DNA of 64,000 nt. It comes from Gracilinanus agilis (taxonomy: Eukaryota). Shown here one piece after another: positions 46,481-55,790 of the stretch. Made by a program: the position numbers and the translations under genes. The stretch is from NCBI RefSeq assembly GCF_016433145.1, contig NC_058131.1:401769938-401833937 (forward strand), read 5' to 3'. Position 1 is the first letter of the stretch. Each line of letters begins with the position of its first letter. Under the pieces are notes generated by a model. The model worked only from the letters and a program-made list of their open reading frames with translations. It did no database searches and had not been told where the DNA came from.

Positions 46481-47602
46481 TTTTTTTTTTTTCCTTTTGA
46501 CTCACCATTTCCTTTATTTGTACAAAATAGTGAATAATCATACCCTGGCTGAGAAAAAGTGGTGGTTTAGGGTTTAAACAAGTCCTTCTGTCCTGAAGCA
46601 TCTACTTTGAAGGCTTGGGACTAGAAGCTTTAGCCCCAGCATCTTTTGGTTTGGCACCCTTAGAGTCAGTGGACTCAGCAGGCTTAGAAGCCTTGGCATC
46701 GCTGGACTTTGTAACCTTAGAATCAGATTTGGTGGCCTTGGCTGCTTTGGGATCGGACTTGGTGACCTTGGTGTCAGACTTGGTAGCCTTAGTGACCTTG
46801 GTATCAGATTTAGTAGCCTTGGAGCCAGATTTGGTGGCCTTGGGGTCAGACTTGATCTTGGAGTCAGACTTGGTGACCTTGGGGGCAGTGGACTTGGTTG
46901 CCTGGGATCAGTGGGCTTGGCAGCCTTGGGGTCAGTGGGCTTGGGATTCTTGGGGTCAGTGGTTCTGGCAACCTTGGAGTCAGGCTTTGTGATCTTGGAG
47001 CCTGGACGTTTGATGCCAACCCTAGGGCCTGGACGCTTGGTGGCCATCTTGTGGCCAGCACGCCGGGCATTGGCCTTGGAGATCTTGGGCCTGAGGAGCT
47101 TGGCCTTGGAGGCCTTGGTGCTCAGAGCCTTAATGGCTTTGGCATTGTTGGCCTGCATCTTCTTCAGTCCCTTCTTGTTGTGTTTCTTGGCAAAGCGCAT
47201 GTTTCTCAGAAACTTAGGATCAACCCCTTTCAGAGACTCGTATCTCTGTGACCTAGGTTTCTTTTTTTTCTTTTTTTTTTTAATTTTAAACCCTTAACTT
47301 CTATGTATTGACTTATAGGTGAAAGATTGGTAAGGGTAGGCAATGGGGGTCAAGTGACTTGCCCAGGGTCACACAGCTGGGAAGTGTCTGAGGCTGGATT
47401 TGAACCTAGGACCTTCTGTCTCTAGGCCTGACTCTCAATCCACTGAGATACCCAGCCGCCCCCCTAGGTTTCTTGATGCCATTTCTGTGCCATTTTCATG
47501 ATTGGTTGTGGGTGGTGTGGTTCTTCGACTTAGCCATTTTTACACTGAAGCCTGCGCTAACAGGTACTCCACAGACCGGAAGAGAAAGTGAGAGAGAAAG
47601 AG
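46481..47602 (-). pseudogene. RPL29: Processed pseudogene of 60S ribosomal protein L29
   Basis: [24 protein letters not shown][SINE][42 protein letters not shown] at 47537, TGA at codon 14, 1-nt deletion near 46903, TAG at 46604-46602, AATAAA at 46518-46513, poly(A), no introns, and a 16-bp TSD ccct(g/a)ctgcatttctt at 46465-46480 and 47603-47618. Confidence 0.97.
47264..47462 (-). mobile_element. SINE1_Mdo-like SINE inserted into the RPL29 retrocopy
   Basis: Full copy with perfect 12-bp TSD cctaggtttctt at 47252-47263 and 47463-47474. Confidence 0.93.
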
Positions 47603-48131
47603 CCCTACTGCATTTCTTAATAGATCTCATTGGCCAAAGGCAAAAGTCAATCTCAGAGAAAGCAGCAGTATAATAAAGGATTAACCTTATCTACACCATA
47701 AAAACAATTTCAATCCCACCCAGATCTAGACTTCTGAGATAAAGAAAAGGTAACACGGGTTAGTGGATATTAGTTTCAGTATTTCAGTTAATAAGACCTG
47801 ATTCTGAATTTGTTTATGTGGCTCTGGATAGGCCATTTAACCTCAATATGTCCTAGGTAACTACCTAGGAATAAAACCAGTAAACTGTAGAGTGGTTTCC
47901 ATGGGTAGAGGGGATTCCAACATTGAAAATGTGCTATGTAAACAAAATAATACATTCAGTTGGGCTTATGAAACAGGGGAGACTCCATGGGATTTTCTTG
48001 GCAACAACAGATGTGATAATTACAATGGCAAAAAGAGATCCTCTTTATCTAGAAAGAACTCCACATGAGGACGTCTGTGATATTTCCACTTAAACTGTTT
48101 TCACATCAACCAAGAAAGGTTTTGAGTTGAT

Positions 48132-48966
48132 TGTGGGAGAATTTAGTATTCAGATTAGTTTTATTCTGTGAAAGGGAATTCTTTATTCTCTTTGTCTATT
48201 TTTAAATTTATCAACCAAAAGCTTAAACACCCCAACATAACACTAAGCAAGGGAGTTCCCAAATCATTTACTAAAATGGGTTACAGTTCCAGAAAGTTGT
48301 GAATCCTTTGATAAGAGTTTATATCTTCAGAGGATGAGAGGTAGATCCCACAGACACTACCCCACTGGGAAGTGCTAGGCAATTTGGAAGCTGTGATTGG
48401 CCCCGTGAAGAGAGGAAGGGACAGGATATGGAAAAAGGACTACTTCCTGTCCAAGAGGTCTTCAGCTTGAGTCTTTGGCTTGAGTCTTCAGCTTGAAGCT
48501 TTGACTGGTGACCTGCCTCTTGGAGGTGGCTTTGGACTTGGACTGGTTTTGTCTTGGGACTTTGGTTCTTGGACCACTTCTTGAAGGACTGCTCCTGGAT
48601 CTTCTCCTTAGACTGCTTCTTGGGTGAGTGAGTAGCTGGCCTTCCCTTCCTGGCTTCTGGAGAGATTATTTCCTGAGAGGCCTCCTTCTCCTGGAGGAGG
48701 CTGCATTGGTGGAACCTTTGTATAAGACATCATTGGGTCCTCTGGCTGAGCCAGACACAGTCAGACACCACAGCAATATTTGGTGTGATAGGCTAGATAT
48801 TTTCTCTACTCTCCTTACATTTATCTACTTTTACTCTTTCCACCTCTTTGTAAATAAAAGCTACAAAAATTCACTTGACGAGCTATAATATTTTTTAATC
48901 AGTGACTGTAATATTAATTCAGAATTCTCATATTTTAGTCAAACTCCTAACATTTTAATCCCTACA
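48132..48966 (+). mobile_element. ERV LTR-like element
   Basis: Starts tgtgggag and ends tccctaca, with internal short repeats (cttcagcttga), aataaa near 48853 and an LTR-like U5. No clean TSD. Confidence 0.55.
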
Positions 48967-50579
48967 GTTCCAAGGTTGCATATTGGTTTCCTGGTTGCTT
49001 GTCTTTGAAAGTCATGAGACCAACTTAGTCTATGGGGAGAGATAGAGAATTTCCAAATAATGTTTTGTTATTTTCATTACAAGTGGAACAGACTCAATCA
49101 TGCTCAGAGAAGTGTCTTTGGGCTGTAGGACTTTAATCATTATTTCATGGCCTGAAAGTTTTAGTAATTGAAGGAACACAGAGAGTAAAGGACTTTGAGC
49201 AGGGGCTTAATGGAGAAATAGAAGAGGTACTTCCTTGTGTTATTCTCAAAGGAATAAGTGATTTAAGCATTTTTGTCATCATTAAGATTATTGGTCTTTA
49301 ATGAAATTAAAGATACTTAAGAAATAAAGTGGATGGGTTATTATTTTCATCTGAAAGATCTATATCCAGTGTTTCACCCTCCTTTTTGCTATATTTTTTA
49401 TTTAAATGTTTTGCAGACATAATTTACTTCCCTCACTTTTATTTACCAACCTATTATCAGAGGGAAAAAATTCTGTATTAAAAAATTCCACATTACAAAG
49501 AATTAAGGGGAAAGAAACTAACATCAACAGAGTCCAACAGTATATTCAGCTTTGACATCCATAGTCCTCCAACTCTTCAAAGAATGAAGGGAATTACACT
49601 CTCATATTTCTTCTTCAGGGTTAAGCTCAGACATTATAATTAGACAGGATTTGTATTTTTTTTTCATTATATACATTGTTGTAGTCATTTTATATATTCT
49701 TTTCCTGGTTCTCCTTGATAAATTTTGCATCAGGTTATATATCTTCTCTGGTTTTCTCTATTCTTCATATTTATTATTTCTTATTGGACAAAACTATTCT
49801 GTTATTAATGTACCACAATTTAAAAGATATGCTATAAATATTCTGTTATAAATGGAACATTCTTTTTCCTTTTATATTTGACCTCCTTTGGAAATTATAT
49901 GGTGTGTAAGCATGTGGTCTACTGAGGAAGTATCATTTGAAAAAGCCTCCTTGTTCACCCTAAAAGTCAAAAGAATTTAGACCAAATACAATGACCAATG
50001 TTGGTTCTTGAGTACTTGTTATAACATACTTTATTTATGTTAAGAAATAGAAAGTGATATTAAAATTGATGATCATGCCCAAAGCAATATGTAAAAATAT
50101 AACATTAAACATATATTTAATATATAACATATGTCATTTATGCCATGTACCATATTACATATAATGAGAGGGATTGGGTTTGAGATAGCTTTCTCTAAGT
50201 TAGCTTTCTCTAAGTTTGAGTTAGCTTTCTCTAAGATTGCAGATTAGCATTTTCACACAGATATTAAATGATTTTTTTCAAGGTCACACAACCAGTATGT
50301 GTCAGAGTCCAGCTCTCTATCCACTATGCTAGGATGCTCCCATGTATGTATGTGTACATACTTATAGGGATATATGTACATACCACATGTATGCATGCAG
50401 TATAGCCATATATTTGTATGTATGTGTACATTTATATGTATATGTATATATAGTTATAGACAAAAATCAGTAGAGATTGCTATCTTTTAGACCAATTATT
50501 CTTATAATCATAAAATCAGTGATACTTTCTAGTTGTTCAGTGTCTATATCTACATAATAGATATCTGGGTCAATAGAGT

Positions 50580-51057
50580 TGAGTTGTGCTCAAAGGAATA
50601 ATGAACTGGAGGAATTCCATGTGAACTGGAATGAACTCCATGAATTGATGCAGAGTGAAAGGAGCAGAACCAGGAGAACATTGTATACAGAGACTGATAC
50701 ATTGTGGAAAAATAGAATATAATGGACTTCTCTACTAGCAACAATGCAATGATCCAGAACAATGCTGAGAGACTTATGAGAAAGAAAACTATCCACATTC
50801 TGGGAAAGAACTGTGGGAGTAGAAACACAGAAAAAAAACAACTACTTGAACACGTGCTGATGGGGATATTACTGGGGATGTAGACACTAAATGACCTTCC
50901 TAGTGCAACAATCAATAATATGGAAATTGGTCTTGATCAATGATACATGTAAAACCCAGTGGAATTGCATGTCGACTATGGGGGGGAGGGGATTGGGAGA
51001 GAGGGAAAGAACATGAATCATGTAACCATGGGAAAAACATTCTAAATAAAAAAATTA
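50580..51057 (+). mobile_element. LINE-1 3' end
   Basis: gaataatgaactggaggaattccatgtgaactgg...catgtaaaacccagtggaattg...aacatgaatcatgtaaccatggg...A tail; reverse of the 52157 copy. Confidence 0.85.
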
Positions 51058-52156
51058 CTTGCCTAGAGTCACACAGCTAATAACTGTCTCTGAGATCAAA
51101 TTTGAACTCAGGTCTTCTGATTCTAGGCTCAATGTTCTAGCCTCTGTGCTACCTAGCTGTCCAGTTCACACACTTGTTAAAAAGGTTTCCACTTCTGATT
51201 CACAAAGCTTTATTCTGTTCCCTAAAACTTCCTTGAAATATAGACCTTCTTTGTCAGTTTTTTCAACAAGTTCAAATGGGCGCATTTACAAAATTTTCCA
51301 GTCAAGAAAGTTTCCAGTCCCAAGTTTCTGTATTAAAGACTTCTTCCTCCACATCCTTGGACACTAAGTAGAAGATCTTATGAGATGTTGGCCTTCATCT
51401 AGAAGAGAAATCTGGACTATCTGGAGGAGAAATCAAGGCAAGTTTTGCCCTTAGCAGCACCAATGTCCCTCTTTCCCAGTGATTATTGCTTTCCATGATG
51501 CTTAAAAGATTTATTCTCTTATGTAGGTTAAGACTTTCATTAAAGAATCAAGAAATAGTTCAGAACAAAGATTCCTTCACTTGTAATTCTTAATGTATAT
51601 AGAGTTATTCTTCAAATAAGTAGTTAGTCTTCCCCTTTAAGATTATATTCCGTCCACTTTACTCTGTATGTATCACACTCACACACTCATTCATAGAGCT
51701 CCTTTCTTTGGCTGTAATCTTAAAGGCAGGGACTATTTTTACTATTTTTGCTTTTGCGTTGTATGCCTAGTTCTTAGTCTCATGGCTGGCACACAGAAAA
51801 TACTTAAATGATTTTTGGATCGTCTTAATTTAGCCACTTGTGAACTACTCTGCCTTTTATTTGGTGCAATGTTAGTAGAGAAAGTAGATTTTGGTGTGTT
51901 CCTCTCCTTCACCGGTAAGCAGCAATAACCAGAGTTTGTAGCCAGCCTTTCATTCATTTCTGAAAACATTTCACATGTAATAATTTGTTCTGCATTTTAG
52001 AAGTTATGGGATTCTTAGCAAATAATAGATGTAAAATTGTTAACCTTAATCTTTAAGACTCTTTATTATCTTGAAATTTTATCTGAATCTCTCATCATAG
52101 TGTAGAGGCAGATAACATTGAGCTTCTTAAATGCTCTGAAAATTCTGCTCAATTTT

Positions 52157-52787
52157 TTTTAATTTAAACATTTATTAATAATCATTTTTAACATGGTTAC
52201 ATGATTCATGCTCCTACTTTCCCCTTCACCCCCCGCACTCCCCTCACCCATGGCCGACGCACATTTCCACTGGTTTTATCATGTGTCCTTGATCAAGACC
52301 TATTTCCAAATTGTTGGTGGTTGCATTGGTGTGGTAGTTTCGAGTCCACATCCCCAATCATGTCCACCCCGACCCATGCGTTCAAGCAGTTGCTTTTCTT
52401 ATGTTTCCTCTCCTGCAGTTCTTCCTCTGAAAGTAGGTAGCGTTCTTTACCATACATCCCTCAGAGGTGTCCTGGGTCATTGCATTGCTGCTGGTACAGA
52501 AGCCCATTACATTTGATTTTACCACAGTATATCAGCCTCTGTGTACAATGTTCTTCTGGCTCTGCTCCTTTCGCTCTGCATCAGTTCCTGGAGGTCTCTC
52601 CAGTTCACCTGGAACTCCTCCAGTTTATTATTCCTTTTAGCACAATAGTATTCCATCACCCGCATATACCACAGTTTGTTCAGCCATTCCCCAATTGAAG
52701 GACATACCCTCCTTTTCCAGTTTGTTGCTACCACAAAAAGCGCAGCTATAAATATTTTCGTACAAGTCTGTTTATCTATGATCTCTT
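52157..52787 (-). mobile_element. Young 5'-truncated LINE-1
   Basis: ORF 52519..52734 (CPSIGEWLNKLWYM..MEYY) is the L1 ORF2 C-terminus. Perfect 16-bp TSD aattctgctcaatttt at 52141-52156 and 52788-52803. Confidence 0.92.
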
Positions 52788-52957
52788 AATTCTGCTCAAT
52801 TTTGCCAAGTCAGACAGACTTGGAATGCACTGTATGTCTGAGACCAAATCTAGAAAGGCGTAGGCTTCAAGGTGATTTTTGGCCACATTAGATTCAAAAA
52901 GACTATCTACTAAGTTAACAAGAAGCAACCAAATGTGTGTAGAGAGGTAAGTATCTC

Positions 52958-53190
52958 AATGCATAGTCAGGGAACTGGAGTTAGGAAGATCTGAGTTCAA
53001 ACTCAGCCTCAGATACTTTGCTGTGTGAACTTGGGCAAATCTATTTGAATGTGTTTGCCTAAATCCCTTGGAGAAGGAAATGGCAAACCATTCTGGTATT
53101 TTTTCCAAGAAAATCCAATGGACAGTATTGGTATAGTATGACCCATGGGGTCATGAAGAGTTGGGTATGACTGAATGACTGAACAACACC
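52958..53190 (+). mobile_element. MAR1/RTE-tailed SINE
   Basis: ggagttaggaagatctgagttcaaa...ggagaaggaaatggcaaacc...catggggtcatgaagagttggg...gactgaatgactgaacaac. Confidence 0.7.
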
Positions 53191-53649
53191 ACAACCATAT
53201 GTGTATGTGAATATGTGCTGCCATGGAAGAATCAGAGGTCTTTAAAGTATGAAAGATCTTTAAAGTATTGAAGATGGTGCATCAGAATTGTTGAATTTAA
53301 TGAATTTTTTAAAATACAATATATATGATTGTTCTATCTTATGTGACTGATTTTATTCTTTAGGTTACATTCACAAAGTAAGTCATGAATATTTTAAATG
53401 GCACTGTCCATTTGACAGAACCTCATTGGAATTGTTTGTTAAAATTTCCCATAAAACAATTCTGCCTTAATTTTTTTCAAATGATCTTGATTTCTAGGTA
53501 GTATTTGTCCACAGAAGGGGAGGGATAAGTTCTCCAAAGAAGGGAGACAGCAGTTGTTCATTTCTGATAGAGAGCTGTGACCCATCAATATTCAGAATAT
53601 CTTCAATGTTATATATCCCAAGACTGATTTTGAATATTACAGTCTAAGC

Positions 53650-53890
53650 AACTAGGTGGTGAGGTGAATTAGCATTGGGCCTGGAGACTGGAAAACTTGA
53701 GTTCAAATCTGGTTTCAGATAACTACTAGTTTGTGACTCTAAGCAACTCACTTTACCTCTGCTTCAGTTTCCTCATCTGTAAAATGAAGATAACAATAGT
53801 AGAGTTGTTGCATAGATAAACTAGATAAACTTAGCTAAACTAAATAAACTTAGCACAGCACCTGGCACATTCCAAGAGTTATATAAATAA
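53650..53890 (+). mobile_element. MIR-like SINE
   Basis: gggcctggag...gagttcaaatctgg...cttcagtttcctcatctgtaaaatg...ttagcacagcacctggcac. Confidence 0.7.
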
Positions 53891-54924
53891 GCATTAGTTA
53901 TATAATAATTATTATTATCATTATTGTTTATAATATATAGGACTCATATGTGAGGCTTTTTCTTGAGAAAGAAGTCTTTCCTGGAAATAGGAAACTTGTT
54001 CTGATTGAAAGGTGAAGAAAATATGATTCCTTTCACTAAACCTGCCCCATTCAGTAATCCATTCTTTTGTGTAGCAATACAGGTGCACAGGAAGAGGATA
54101 ATAGTATAAAAAGGAGGAAATATTAAACTTAAAGTGAAGCTATAATATTCATTCTCTAAACTTAATCAGGCTGGCAGCAGTTTTTGGCTAGTACAATGAA
54201 AGTGAAGATAGTCACTAGGTCGTGGTTCATCTCCTTCAGTTTCTTCTATGAATGTCTTCTCTGTCAGAGAGACATTCACTTGAGCCTTTTTAATACTAAA
54301 CCATGTGCATTTCCTGATTGATGAGGACTGCAGGTAAAAGACGGAGCAGGTCAAAAGTTTAAAGGCTAACATATCTCTAGCAACTTGAAACCAGTATGGT
54401 AGTGAGTAAATTGAAGAAACCAGCCTTTTTGACAGACATCTTATCAAATCTGCCAATATAAGAAGCCAACTATTTCAAAAAATCCTTCCCCCCTCTTTAA
54501 AGCCTTAGATTAAAGGGCACTAAAACTGCAGATCAGAAAACTTACCCTTGCCAGACATATTTAAGTATTATTTGTCATAATTTTGGGACAAAAAGGAAAG
54601 AGGTTTTCTATTATCCCTTTTTGTCATGTTAATGGTGGTGCCTCTACATACTCACAGTAATTCAATTTGGTAATGACAAATTGAGTGTCTACTCTCTACT
54701 TGGACCATAGTGCTATTTTGGCCACTAGTGCTTCTAATAACTTGTTGATTTTGATATATTGAAGTTTGCAGAACACAATGGGATTGGGGACCCAAGACCA
54801 AATTATATGTATAAGCAGTGAATGTGATTGTATTGTTGTAATACTCTACATACCTTTATGGGTACTCAGGATTTAGTGGTCCCATAGTAGAAAAAGTACC
54901 CAATGATGTACCCAAGCTCTAGGG

Positions 54925-55131
54925 CAGGGGTTGGCAACCTTTTTGGCTGTGAGAGTCATAAACGCCACATTTTTTAAAATGTAATTTCATGAGAGCTGTA
55001 CAGAGCTCACAGTGCGTGCTCCCGTAACAGCGCCTGAAAAAAAATTGACTTTATGGCTCCTGCAGAAAGAGCCATATCTGGCCCTCAAAAGAGCCAGATA
55101 TGGCTCTCGAGCCATACGTTGCCGACCCCTG
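54925..55131. mobile_element. hAT (Charlie-type) non-autonomous DNA transposon, 207 bp
   Basis: TIRs CAGGGGTTGGCAAC / GTTGCCGACCCCTG. Perfect 8-bp TSD CTCTAGGG at 54917-54924 and 55132-55139. Confidence 0.93.
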
Positions 55132-55790
55132 CTCTAGGGTATGAATACAGTCTCTGCCACTTACTAGATATATAACTATATGATGTTAAATTTCAATGTT
55201 GTAAACTTCAGTTTTCCTATTTTTAAAAGGCATTAACATTATCCATTACTACCTATATCACTGACATACGTGGAGAGTGCTTTGAAAAACCTTAAAATGT
55301 TATATAAATATGAATTGTTCTTTAAAAATGGAACCAATATCATATTCTGTGTCTACCTCAGAGAAGTAGCTTCAAATGATATCACAAATGTAAATAAATT
55401 ATAATTGTAATTATTGTCATTGTAGTGGTCCATGAATAACTAATTGTTGGTTATGATGATTGTCACCCTAGAAACAAATTTTGCTAAATCCTGTCTTTGA
55501 AGTTTTCCTTTAACAACTTTTTTATACCCAACATGACATAAAGAAGTAAAGACTTTTGTCTACCTAAAAATATTTTACATTAAACTTCTAAAGTAGAGAA
55601 AAGAAATTTAATATAATGCAGACCATTACCTTATTTCTTCATAAATGCCCCTCTTTAAACTATTTTATGGTTAAATTAAACACATGGATCAACAGAACAT
55701 AGCTTTATAAGGGAATACTTTCATACTAGTAGGCAAACATGCTAAGATATTCAAATTCCTAAAATTAAAATTGTAAAAGAAGATTCCCAC

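Noticed and set aside
46574-47297. Overlapping 208-, 125-, 117- and 128-aa ORFs as novel low-complexity genes
   Set aside because: All are frames or antisense shadows of the RPL29 retrocopy. The Pro/Leu/Ser/Arg-rich end of the 208-aa ORF is a frameshift product.
50186-50235. Three copies of tagctttctctaag as a regulatory or CRISPR-like repeat
   Set aside because: A short local slippage repeat with no spacer structure, in a vertebrate AT-rich intron.
53460-54480. Faint Pcdh-like echoes (NVSLT, DLVTIFTFIVLA, IDGSQ) on the minus strand
   Set aside because: The motifs are short, out of expected order and spacing, and could not be assembled into a consistent cadherin alignment by eye.
55024-55036. 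CSE-like gtaacagcgcctg inside the hAT MITE
   Set aside because: Only the 7-bp aacagcg core matches; the downstream cccagag part is missing and there is no exon at the expected spacing. Likely chance.
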